A stretch of 64,000 nucleotides of DNA from Octopus vulgaris. Lineage: Eukaryota. This document shows positions 41,501 through 55,389 of the stretch, one piece after another (the stretch's first letter is position 1; each line of letters starts with the position of its first letter). The position numbers and the translations under genes were made by a program. The notes below the pieces were generated by a model. That model made no database searches, was not told where the DNA came from, and saw only the letters and a list, made by a program, of their open reading frames with translations. The stretch spans positions 36,952,001-37,016,000 of the forward strand of contig OX597822.1 in assembly GCA_951406725.2 (NCBI GenBank). Reading direction: 5' to 3'.

Positions 41501-44500
41501 AATGGTGATAGTTGGTGCTGAAATGAGATGAGGACAACATCCATAGCCAAATCAAGATGACAAACAACAGTGACTTTTGCTAAAAACAAATGTAAACCTA
41601 GTACAGAAATGAGAAATAAATACTTACAGCTAAGACTTGGTCTGACAACCATGTTTCATTCATTTCTACTAAAAGACTAATCAACCTTATTGCCTGGAAT
41701 TGCATTTCTGCTTTGATATCTTGTGCATGTTGTGTATCTTGTGCATTCTGTAAAAAAAAAGAAAAAAAGAATCAAAGCAATGCAAACAACTATAATATTT
41801 TGTCTCCTCATTAAGGCAGGAGAGACAAAACATTTCACTAATATTTTAGTAGTGGTGGGGATTTGATATTTTAAAGTTTAAGGACCAATGCATTCTGCAT
41901 TAGGCTATAAACACTTGTATAATCTGAAAAAATATTTTCACTAATGATTGCAAAAGCAGGTGTGATCCAAATATACAGATCAATTTATATCTATTAAATC
42001 TATGGACCAACTTGTTCTTATATCAAATATATAGAATGAACTCAGAAAAAATCTGCAAAAACAGCAGCAAGAAAAATCATTGCTTTTACAATATAGTAAT
42101 CCCTCGCCATATCGTGGTTCACCTATCACGGTTTATTATTTAAGCTTATGATTCCTCCATGGTGTTGTTTTGCATTTATAATAAAATAAATATATACAAA
42201 TTATAAAAATATATACGGTACAACATTGTTTCTACTTCGTGGATTTTCACCTATCGAGGGGGGAGGGGCCTTGGGATGATAGTCGAGGGATTACTCTATT
42301 CAAGAAACCATATATAGTGTTACAGTGTTTCGAGACACTGTCATTTCTTGGTAAACCCTTTCAATACCAAATCACATGAATCCACTTCTAGTTCCATGAT
42401 ACAAAATGTTTTAAATTGTTCGTATTTAACCTTTTTACTGCATAATTAAATTGCATGGACATTCCCCTTAATGATGGTAATTATCCCTCAAAAAACAGAA
42501 ATGATATTTTCTGCATCTGAAAAACTTTTTTGGCATCTCCTGTAAATATAGTTTTCATATCCACCACTGAAAATACTTGATTCTTGCTCTATAAAAAGAT
42601 GTTCGATGATGTGAAAATATTTTGAAAATCTGAAAAACATAAAAAGTGTCACAGGAGTTGTCTCCATTTCTTGCAGCATAAGAAGTGGGTTTTTTTTTCA
42701 AAGCCATGAATATAATTGCTTTCTACAGTTAATGATAACTGAATTTTGAGTGGATATACCCAGGGTGGTGGAGTGATGGAACTGTAAGAACATTGGATTG
42801 GATGTCTTGTGGCATTTGTTCTGTCTCTTTGCACTCTAAATTCAAATCCTGTCCAGGTCTACTTAGGTGGTAGGTTTAATTCATTGCCCAGTTTAACACC
42901 ATCACCTTGCCATATGGCGCCTTTAACAAAGTGCACATTCATCCATGTCAGTGACCAGGTTACAGTTGTGCAATGAAAATTTTGACACATTATGTAATAA
43001 ATTTAAAGTGAATTTAACAGCTCTGTGAATGACATAGTGGTTAGAGTGTTGCACTCACAACGGTAAGATTATGGTTTCAGTTCTTGGATGAGGCAGCAAA
43101 TTGTATTGAGTAAAACACTTCACTTTACATTGCTTTGGTCCATCCAGCTGTAAATGAATTCCAGCAATAAGTAGGAAATTAATCCTGATGTCCTGTTCAG
43201 TATTGTAATCCTAGTCATATGCTATGGAAACTGGGTTAATCTCCAGCCTTATCAATCTTGGGGCTCATGACATATCTAAGTATGTTATTAAATGACTCTA
43301 CCACCATGTAGTTGCTTCAGTTTCAGCACACAGTTTCAAATCAAGTCACTTGCTGGACAAGTACTCCATCTTAATTTTTTTTTTTTTATTATTATTCAGT
43401 TTTCCTTAAAACACCAACAAAGAAAGGAAATTTTTAATTTTATCAAATCTCTCAAAATTAATTAAAACATACAGGCAATATTTCAATAGAAATTTGGTCT
43501 TGAAAGGGTTAACAAGAATAACCAAATTGTCATCTGAGGCTGAATTTAGCCAAACAACCCATCAGGCTCAACAAATGTATTAAAGTTCGATACAAATAGT
43601 TAGTGTAATATAATAATTTCAATAGTCCCTAATCCACTGTTCATTAGATTTTGACATCAACATTAGTAGGTTGTGTGCGGGGCTGGGGAGGGTTCAAATA
43701 AAGGACTTTGTAATGGAATAAGATACCTGAATGTTCTTGAGAGCCATGTTGACGAGTCTCATTGGGTTGGCCATGATTACATCTCGGATCACTTGAGCAT
43801 CTTTATGTTTCACAATAAACTGTAAAAGATAAATGATTCAAAAACAAATAAATAAGACCAACTAACATGAAAAGGTGTGACCCTCACCTCTAACCAAACA
43901 ACAGTTTGATACAAGCGGAGGAAAAATGATGGCTATAAAAATGGAAATATGTGGAACAGGAAAGGAAATGGAAGAGAAACTTACCTCTAAATATCTCGTC
44001 CATTGTTGGTCAATAATTGTGTTGTCATTGAGGAACAATTCTACAGTTGGTCCTGGGAAACGAAGTAGGAACTTCAAGAGGGGTTCTCTAAATGGACTGC
44101 CAGCCTGTGCAAAACAGATAGATTTTATTTGATAATTCCTCCACAATATATAGATATAATAGACAGCAGGGCATTCAGCAACATACGTTATGCTTTGCAT
44201 AGCTTAGTCGGAAGTGAGACTCCAAGACAGATGCAATGAGGAGATGGAGGACAAAACTCTGAATCCATTAACCAAATTTGACTTACAAGATATTAGCATT
44301 CATCTGAGGCTATTGCAGATGACATCTGCCTAAGGAATCACCTAGCAAGACCAACTCCAAAACATTGTGGTTACTAGCTATGCTTAAGCTCATTAAGATG
44401 ATTTTCCTCAACTGCTACAAGACATTTCACCCACCATTCTATTATTGTTGCAACTTCACTTCTATTTCTTCAGCCCAAAGAGAATGCAAAAATGTTAAAA

Positions 44501-47500
44501 AAAAAAAAAGGGTAGCACTAAAACCACAGCTGATATTCAAACGAGAAAGTAATAGTGTACTTACCTCCATAAATAGGGCCTTTTCTGTTTGGAAAATTAG
44601 TCTCGTTAGGGGTTCAATAATCTTCTGGGTTGCAGTTGGCACTAAGTGGAAGATGTTGATAATGGCAGCACAAATTTTCAATTCCTGCAATGAAAATGAC
44701 TGATTTATGACAAAAGATGGCATGGTCATAACTGGAATGTCTTAACCATAAGTATGGTCAATCAAGGTGAACCTGATCAAGCAGACTTATGCAACAACTA
44801 CTACTACTACAACTAGGCAATAAGGGTGCTTTATATGTGACTGCTTGGTCCACTAGAAAAAGTAATGAAATCACACACTACTATCTATTTAAGAAAGGGA
44901 AGGACAGTGCTCACTGATCAGGACTGAGCAACAAAAATTGACTTTTAAATCTTACCTGAGACAAGACTTGACCATTATTTCGTTGTTGACCACTTTTTTG
45001 GTTTGAGATCGCCACTTCCATGAATTTCTTCAGATGTGTCTAAAAAGAAATGTTGGAATTATCAAAAAAGAAAAAAAACATACATGAAGTGGGTTAGTGT
45101 CAGATTTTGTTCAGTGATATAACTGGAAGTTATCAAGAACCAATGTCAACTTCTTCTCTATGATGTAATTGTAGATATAGTTAACCATGTTGAAGTACTG
45201 CTCTGTTATATTCTATGGTGCAATGAAAGACAGAGTAAATCAATGCTAGCTTTTGTGCCGTGACGTGATTGATTGAAGATATACTGAGACAGTGTGTCAA
45301 CTTACCAATAATTGTTCAAGAAGTTTCTCTTTAAAGGTGTGTGGGAACAGTTGGGTGAGGCTAGTAAGACGCTGTATCACATTTAAGTTGAGGTTGCGGT
45401 AGTCACCGAGCAAGCCGAGAAGGGGTCGCATGTCGCCGTGAACCATTTCCATATCAATGTTGAAGCCAGAGATAAACTGGTGGTGAGAAACAGAAACTAG
45501 TTCATAACAGGTTCAAGTTACATGTACAACACACACAGTACAGACAAGAAAAACAAAGACACAAACATGCAGAGGTAAAATACACACACATACAACATTC
45601 ATAGGCATAAACCACACATACATCACATAAAGCTACAAAACAATACATATGTATATGTATGTATGTGTGTGTGTGTATATATATATCATATATAAATATA
45701 TCATCGTCACCGTGACCGACCAGGCTATCAGATGTTGCTACACATCGCTGGTCACAATGCGTTTCACATTGTTTTAGCCTTCAGATGACACCACCCCGCT
45801 GGCTAAGCGAGCAGGCCAACAGAAGAAAGAGTGAGAAAAAGTTGTGGCGATAGAGTACAGCAGGGATCGCCACCAGCCCCTGCCGGAGCTTTGTGGAGCT
45901 TTAGGTGTTTTCGCTCAATAAACACTTACAACGCCCGGTCTGGGAATCGAAACCGCAATTCTACAATCGCGAGTCCGTTGCCCTAACCACTGGGCCATTG
46001 CGCCTCCACATATCATATATACATATACTCACCATTTAAAATCGAGCAGTAGTGGGGGATGACAAATGCAGGCACAAAGACTATATATATACATACACGA
46101 CAGGCTTCTTTCAGTTTCCACCTATCAAATCCACTCAAAAAGCTTTGGTTGGTCCAAAGCTATAGTGGAAGATACTTTCCCAAAGTGCCATGCAGTAGGA
46201 CTGAACATGGAACCATGTGGCTGGGAAGCAAACTTCTAACCTCACAGCCATATAAATGTAGGAGTAATTATAATAAATACAAGTTTATATCATTTGCTCC
46301 CTACATACGTGTCATTGGTGTAGTTCTCTGCAACCTCTGCATTGAATGCTCGAAGTGCAGCAGGATGCTGAACCACAATAGGTCAATGAGGGAACAATTT
46401 ACAACATTATGTTACAGAAATTAATGAAATAAAGTGTTCCCCTGATGACCCATTGAGGTTAAGCATTCAAAACACCCTAGGGAGAGGTTCCAAACAACTT
46501 CAATGGCAAAATGTACTGGAACAAATGATATAAAATTTGTGTATCATAACTTCTCCTACATTTACTCTGTATATCATAACCAGTAATTCTTCTTGGGATA
46601 CTAGTAAACCATATCTCAATACTGGTAGCAGACTGGAGGATGATAATCTATGTGGAACTCTAAACACAACAGTAGCAATCATACATTTATTTGTACACAC
46701 AATATATACTATATACATTATATATATATATAAAGCAATGATGATGCTAATCTTGGGAATATATTGGGTCATCCCATAAATAATGCATTTTTTTATACTT
46801 CTTTTATTTTTCAAAATTAAGATAAACAAAGTTCTTTTTTAATCTAAAATAGATATTCTCCTTCATTTTCTACAATGCTCTTCCATCTCTGTGGCAGATT
46901 TGCAAGGCCCCTCTTCCAAAATTCACTAATCCATGACAAAAAATACTTATTCAGTACTGTTTTGACCTCAACTACAGAATTCATATTTTTTCTGTCCAAA
47001 TGATTTTGAAGACTGCAAAATAAATGATAATCAGGTGGGACAATGTCCAACAAATATGGTGGGTGAGGCACAATTTCCCATTGAAATTGCTCCAGCCTTT
47101 GGAATGTCATCCTCACTGCATGTTGCCAAGCATTATCTCGATGGAAGAACGCCTTTCATCTTGAAACCGAAGATGGTCGTTATTCTTCTAGCGCAGACAT
47201 AGATGAATGGTTGAATGACCAAATCCAAGATTCTCTGCTAGTTCCTCTGCTGTTACGATGGGATTTTGTTCCACCAAGGTTTGCAGGATGCCCTCATCGA
47301 GCTCTACATATCTTCCAGGATGAGGCTCGTCTTCGAGGCTGTGGTTTCCGGTTCAAAATTTCTGGAACCACCATTGACACTGGCTTACACTTATTGCCTA
47401 ATCTCCATACACTGCATTAATATTCCTTGCACTTTCCATTGTGTTGTTGCCTTTATTGAACTCATAAAGCAAAATAGACCGAATATGCTCCTTTGTCACT

Positions 47501-49311
47501 TCCATTATAGCTTCGAAAAACTAACTGCTAAAGTCGAACTGCACTCATCAAAATTTGCGCTAAGAATAAGTACGAAGTAAAATTACTACCTGCTTTTATA
47601 GCAAATTGATTCAGGCAGTTTATCCTGTCCCCCTCCGACTTTTAGTTCATGCAATTGAAAAAACCGCATTATTTATGGGATGACACAATATATATATATA
47701 TATATATGCATATGCATACAATAATGATGATAATGTATAATGATAGTATATGCAAAAGTGGATACATAGCTTGATACATATGTACATATACACACACAGA
47801 TACATTATGTGATGCTTATATACATACATACACATCCATATACACTCACACACACTACACACACCTATATACATACCTTTCTCATACACTCATGAGCTGC
47901 CTGTTGCAGTTCTGTATTGCTGCTGTCTAATGCTTTGTAAAGCAAGTGGAAGATTTTTTCTCGACTCGGTTGGATATAATGGCACGCAGCTAAGGCTCCT
48001 ATAAAACACACAAATACAGAGATATTAAAAGGAACAGAACATATTTAGTAGTCAGCTGCTACTAACTACCAAAACAGCTGCATCTTGAGAAAACATGGTT
48101 GCTTGACCTGCTAGATACAACAGCAAAATGGCACCCTCAAATCATACACTGTTGTTATGAAAAAATGGGAGTATAATGTAATTTCAGTTACATTGTGTTT
48201 GGGAAAATATACAGGATGGTCACTGTTGAAATGTCTCTGACTGACATGGGCTAAAAACAACAACTATATCATTAGCTGAATCACAATAAGACAACAAAAA
48301 TGAATGAAATAGGTTATGTTGTTTTAGGGTGAAAATTCTTCTTACAATTTCTAAAAGAAAAATTATTGCTTAAATTAATTCAATAAATAATTTAGAATAT
48401 TTTGAGTTTCTTTTTGCTTCAGTCAGTTCATATGACCATCACACAGTCATTTTATTTTTACTGGCCAATAGAAAAAGTTGTGAGAAATGATTTGCATATG
48501 ATTAGCATTCCATAAGATATGTTACTTACGTAAAGTACTCTTGCGGAGTGGAACTAAGTTGGAGATATTCTTGTAACAGGCCATCTTCATCAGAGCAGAA
48601 TCTTCAGCATTTGAAAGATTCAAGAGCTGACAATAACAAAAAATTGAGAATCAATTAGAATACAAGAAGCAGATTTGGTTTATTTTATGATAATGAACAA
48701 GAAAGGATAAAAAAGGAAAAAGAGAAAAAGAGAGGAATGGGTAAATATTTGTAATATTTAGAACTTTCTCAAAGATGTAACATTTTCATTTGTTTTGGTT
48801 TTTTTTTTTTTTTGCAAGAGGGAGGGTTTCATTCCATAAGAGACAGGCTACCATCTGTGACTATTTTTTGCAGAACCTTCAAGACTAATGCTTGGAGAGG
48901 AGGGCAGCAAGTTATTCCCAGACTGGATCTGTTGCCAGAATGTCTGCAACAAATTAGACTCTGTTAAAGGGACCCAATGACCGGGTGATTACTAGACTTA
49001 ATCTTCAACACTAGACTTAATCTTGCCTGGCAGGCTTAATCTTGGTGGATAAATTAATTCTTCATCAAGTTCAAGACCACCACCAGGCACCTCGGGTACT
49101 TTTAGCCAAATACATACTGTTGCAAAGTATTTGGACCAGGTCTCTACTTAGAGGGTCTTCTCAGCTGTAAATGGGTCACCCTTGCAATGAAATATCCTTC
49201 TGGTCAGAGGGAATGTTGGCCTACTCACCTAGCCAGCAAGGTGGCACCATTCAAAAGCTAAAATGATGCAAAGAGTATTATGCCCATCTGGTCGATACTG
49301 TGATGTGTGTA

Positions 49312-49359
<48 letters not shown>

Positions 49360-52300
49360 ATGGGTTTCCTTCAGTTTCCATCTCACAAGGCTTTAGTCAA
49401 CCTGAGGTTCTGGTAAAAGACACTTGCTCAAGGTGCCGCACAAACTTCGGAAAGCAAACTTCTTAACCACACTGTCACACCTGCACCTATGGTCACAGAT
49501 GTATATCTAGTAATAGAGAAATCTCTAAAATGGCAGAACATTTCAAAGACAAACACCAGAAAACACAATGATGGGAAAACAGAGAGTAACGAAGTAATGG
49601 AAAAGAAGAAAAATATATATGGAAAAGGTCAAAAATACAAAGGGAAGAAAAACTGAAGGATGACAGCAATGATAAACAAGAGCATACCTCAGCAAAAAAG
49701 ACCTTGTGTTCCATTTTCAAGAGATCTATGGTAAAAAGTCTCGGCTGTAGAGTTGTACAGAACGTGCTCCCTTCCTACAAAATAGGATTAAAAGACATTC
49801 AACTTCAAGACAACAGGCAGCATTTATACAGTCTTGTCAATGGTTTTCTACCACCAATATTTCGAAAAACTTTTGTCATATTCTTCATTTTTCTGGAACC
49901 ACAGTGGAACATTAATATTAATAATAACAATAATAATCTATGCTGATTAAGCACATTGTCTTACAGAAAGAGAAAATTTTTTAAAATCAGATGAAATACA
50001 GATCAATTAGCAGAAATAAACCTAGTAGTTTCATCATAGTCAACAACACATGAAAAGAGAGAGAGAGAGACACTGAACTGACCATCAATCCAATCTGAAC
50101 ATGCGCTGGCTGATGGTGCAGAAGATGCTTCTTGGGGGGGATCATATCCTGCATAACCTCTTTGTGCGGCTCCATTATGTCGGTAACTGTTTTGCCGGTT
50201 GTCTCCGCCAATACTTCTAAAGCATTCATTGCCTAGCAATAAGAAAATAAAATGTCCACACACAATTAGACATCGTTAATACAATTACAATTGCTCTAAG
50301 TATTAAATTTCATCTTTAGATATGATAGAATTTATTACAATATTTATGTCTACTCTATGTTTCAATCCCATTGATCACTGATTATTCTCATGTGTCTTAT
50401 TCCTGGATGTGTACATCAATGCCAGACTGGATTCAAGCTCTAAATTTTATCCATCAGGATAGTGATACATGGATATGCATCAGTGATCTTGTAGATAAGA
50501 ATATCGTTACTCTTTGATTAGATATAAGCATTCCTAGTTTGGATCCTGCCTAGTACTGCGTGAACTCAATGTGTTACCTTGTTTGATACCACTACCATGT
50601 CCTTGGATACATACAGCAAAGTTCACTCTTTAGCAAGCATTTGAGCCAGGTTTGTGATTTGAGGATAACTCCAGCATTCTTCCCATCAGTCTTGAAACCT
50701 CAGAAAAACAGAGGCTCATGGGTACTGCCCTTCCCACTCTATGTGAAAATAGAGTGGGAAGGCTGGAGTTATCCTCAAATCACAAACCTGGCTCAAATGC
50801 TTGCTAAAGAGCAAACTTTGCTGTATGTATTCAAGGACTCACTGAATATGACACCTAATGATGAAATGAAATTAAACCAATTGAAACTTAGTGTGGATGT
50901 AAATATTGAGAACTCTTATTGCAAGAGATGAAGTTAATAGTTAAAACAATTATAATTTTATTGTCTTTGGAACTTTATCTTCCAAGATGAGAGATTTTAA
51001 TTTGACTTTTTAACGAATTAATCATATGAAAAAGGGACAGATATAGCACAGTGTGATAAAACAATATCAAGTCTGATGGAAGCAGTAGAATATTATAGAT
51101 CAATCCAAGAAGTTTGAGTTAAATATATTATCAAACATCATGTTAGATCATGACTTCAACCAACACTTAACTGACACAATACATTACCAATGCATGAGGC
51201 ACTTCTCTACACAACTGCCATCCTCTGTATGCATCACATACCCATAGCAGTGCAGTCTTCTTTTCAGACTGCAGCTGAATCTTGTTATAATTCAATATAA
51301 TTCCTCAACATTACACACCTAGTTGAGTATACTGGTTTCATCATCATCATCATCGTTTTAACATCTATTTTCCATGCTAGCATGGATTGAATGGTTTGAC
51401 TGAGGTCTGGAGAACCAATGGCTGCACCAGGCTCCAATCTGATCTGGCAATGTTTCTACAGTTGGATGCCTTTCCTAATGCCAACCACTCCAAGAGCATA
51501 GTGAGTACTTTTTACATGCCACTGGCACAGGAGCCAGTCAGGCAGGCCTGGCATTGATCATGTTCGGATAGTGCTTTTTACATGCCACTGGGGCCAGTCA
51601 GGGAGTACTGGCAACGGCCATGTTCGGATGGTGCTTTTTACATTCCACTGGCATGGGAGCCTGTCAGGCAAACCAGGCATTGATTGTGTTTGGATGGAGC
51701 TTTTTACATGCACTGGCACAAGAGCCAGTCAGAGGGCACTGACCACAGCTACAATATTGGTTTTACTTGACTCAATGGGTTTTCCCAACCCTATCATATC
51801 GCATGACGTATCAGGGGTACTCATAACTGGGTTGGACATGTGTGGCTGCAATCTTACTTTAGTTGCTGAGTTTTCTCAATCTCAGCATATCTCCAAAGGT
51901 CTCGATCACCTGTCATTGCCTCTGTGAGGCCCAATGTTCGAAGGTCATGCTTCACCAACTCATCCCATGGGTACTTTTTATATGATGCTGGCAACTGTTA
52001 GATTATTTTTAAAAAAGCCATTCATGTGTGTTCAACCCAAAATATAAAAGAGGTTGCCTGATCTTAGCTGTCTCTTTACTAAGATATGTGAAGAAGTCGC
52101 AGCTTTCCCCATAACAAGGTATTTGAGGCGGCCCCTCAATTTACCCACCCACTTATTAAGGTCTTTCAAGAGGTCACTCCAATCTTACCTGCTCTCTTAT
52201 CAAGGTATTTGAAGAGGTCACCTGCCGTACAAGCTCCAAGGTGACATCGTGGAAAGACTGTTTCTGAACTGCAAGGAGATCATTTGTTGCATCTGGAATC

Positions 52301-55300
52301 TCTTTGGCACAAAGAATCAACATATTCTTCATGTTATTTTTGGCCAAGTCTATTGCCCCACTTGATACCTGCAAAAAGAAAAAAAAAACACCAAAACATA
52401 AATTTTACATGTTAAAAGAGAGATGGCTTTGTACTTGTTGTTTAGCCCCAGGTCAAATCTGACTTATCAGCCTCAGCAACTCATCCTTTTTTTTTTTTTT
52501 TAATTCAGATACACAAAATCTATATCTAGGACTGCATTGGTTTCATAATCTAAATTTATCATTTCTATAATAAAATAGTTGACAGTACAACAATGCATAT
52601 ACACCCATTACCTAGTTTTAATGGCAGTGCCCCAGCATGGCTGCAGTTTTTAAGCTGAAACTAGTTAAAGAGTTGAGGAGTTTAAAGAGTAGCTTGAGAA
52701 GGGTTTGGCTACTATTTCTAGCAAGTCAAACGACCGTGTAGTCTTGATTTATAACTTTGCAATTAAAGTATAGACCAGAGTCATTTCTATGGTAGTACCC
52801 CAACATGGCTAAAACAAATAAAAGATTAAGAAGGCCATAATTTTTGTTATAATAATCTCTCATCATAAAATAAGAACTTGTATATGATTATGACCAGTAA
52901 CATGGTAGGTACACAGGTATATGGTACACTGGTATATGGTCTGACTGAGCTGAGTCAGAAAGCATAACTTAATGAGTTGATGTTTAAAGAGAAACTCCTT
53001 TCAAAAGGACAATAAGGATTCACTGACCAATATACACTAATATATAGCCAACCTTTCATTCATTTGGAGTCAATAAAGTACCAGTCAAGTACTGGGGTCA
53101 ATGTAATCAACTTGTCCCTGCTCCTCAAAATTGCTGGGCTTGAACAGACTGGAATCTTGTCCAGGGAGAAAATGTTGTGACCTTGGTCAATTATACAGCA
53201 GGGAAACTTATGAGTCCCTAGGGCTTGAGGAAAAAAAAAGATCTTAAAAAAATAAGGACACGGTAGATGTTGTACTCTAAAATATACTATCTTTTATCTT
53301 TATTTGTTTTAGTTATCAGTTAGTGGTCATGCTGGGGCACCACCTTGAAAAACTTTAGTTGAAACAAATTGACACCAGTACTAACTTTTTTAAAACCTGG
53401 TATTTATTCTATCAGTTTCATTTGCTGAACAACTGAATTACAGGGTCATAAACACACCAACACCAGTTGTGAAGCAGTGGTGGTGGGGCAAACACACACA
53501 CAAACACACGACAGGCTTCTTTCAGTTTCCATCTACCAAATCCACTCACAAGACTTTGGTCGACCTGAGGCTGAAGTAGAAGACACTTGCCCAAAGTGCC
53601 ACAGAGTGGGACTGAACCCAGAACCATGTGGTTGGGAAGCAAACTTCTTATGACACAGCCATACCCACAATTATACAATGTTTGAAAAAACAAAGATGGG
53701 ATGTTCATGAATGGAATGTCTTAGATGAGAAGCCTGCTTGATGAGGACTGATGTGAGTTAAAATGAAACACAACAACCATTTCAAAAATATAATCAATAA
53801 ATTCTAAAGGATTCTGTTACTTAGGTTGCAGAGGGTACGAAACAAAGGATGAAGACTAAAACATCATTTACAAATGTTAAAGTATACTTTAAGTCTTTCT
53901 CACCTCACCAGTAAGGTCCAACATGACAAAAAGTAAAGCTTTCAGAAATACAAATTGATGTTGTAGAACCCACTTCTTTGGCATATGTTCATAGAGGACT
54001 TTAATCGCTTGACACCTGCAATATTGAGGAAAGAAACGAGATGGTTTAAAACATGATAGATAAAAATATACACATACACACACACACAGTGATGATGATG
54101 AGTTGTCGTCATCATCACTGTTTTAACATCCATTTTTCCATGGTCACACTAGTCAGCCAGATTTTCTCCAGTCAGAAGTCCTTCCTGTCAGTAATCCACA
54201 CCTGTTTCCAAGTAATGTTTCCCCAAGACTAGACATGATTTTATGGAAGATAGAAAGCGAAAGACACCCCCTTACATGGTGGTGACACTTGTTTACAACT
54301 ATTATGTTATCATCATCATCGTTTAACGTCCACTTTCCGTGCTAGCATGGGCTGGACGATTTGAATGAGGACTGGCGAACCAGATGGCTGTACCAGACTC
54401 CAATCTGATCTAGCAGAGTTTCTACAGCTGGATGCCCTTCCTAACGCCAACCAGTCTGAGAGTGTAATGGATGCTTTTATATGCCACTGGCACGAGGACC
54501 ACTCTAGCAGTACTGGCAACATCCACACTCAAATGGTGTCTTTTACGTGCCACCTGCATAGGAGCCAGTCCAGTGGCAACGACATCAAGGCAAGAAGACA
54601 ATAACACACGCATTCATATATACATATCACACTATCATCAATATTTTTATGTCCATTTTTCCATGCTGGCATGGGTTGCACAGAATTTGCTAAGGTAAAT
54701 TTTCTATGACCAAATGTCTTTCTTGTTGCCAACCCTCACCTGTTTTCAAATAAGATAATATTTCCCTATGACCTAGGGCATTGTTTGCATGATTGTGACA
54801 CTTGCTTACAACAATCATGTGATGTCAAGGGAAGGATATAGTAACACACACACACACATTCATCCAGCCATATATATATGAAGACATGCTGGCAAAAAGC
54901 TGCTCTTCTAAATGGAAACCTCACCTGCCATTGTGGTTTTCTAGCACAAAGCAAAGCAGGCCTTGCCATCCACTCAAGAAAACACATAGTAAATTATTCA
55001 CAAGCACTCAAGATAACTGAATCCTCAGCTTATTCCATTTGCCAAAAGGTTTGCCAGACACCAACAAGCTTCAAGAGACACATTTGTGTCCACAGAACAT
55101 TATTACTGCTTTATTTCATTGAACTCTCTTTTGTCATTTATGACAAGAGAATCTATCATACATACAAGTACATGAGAGGCTGCTGAAAAACTCCTTGCTT
55201 TAAGAGTATTGCAAAAGGCCTTAGAAAAACTGAAGGACTGCTGCAATAAGTGTATGAATCTGAGAGGGGAATATGTAGAATAAAATCATAATTAACTGAG

Positions 55301-55348
55301 TCTCCTGTATTTTTCTTTTACCCAAAGCCTGGAACTTTACACCACCCC

Positions 55349-55389
<41 letters not shown>

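Noticed and set aside
45930-46008. tRNA gene
   Set aside because: A/B boxes belong to a SINE head continuing into a repeated body; no clean cloverleaf.
46844-47505. Active or domesticated mariner transposase
   Set aside because: In-frame stops and a deleted catalytic middle.
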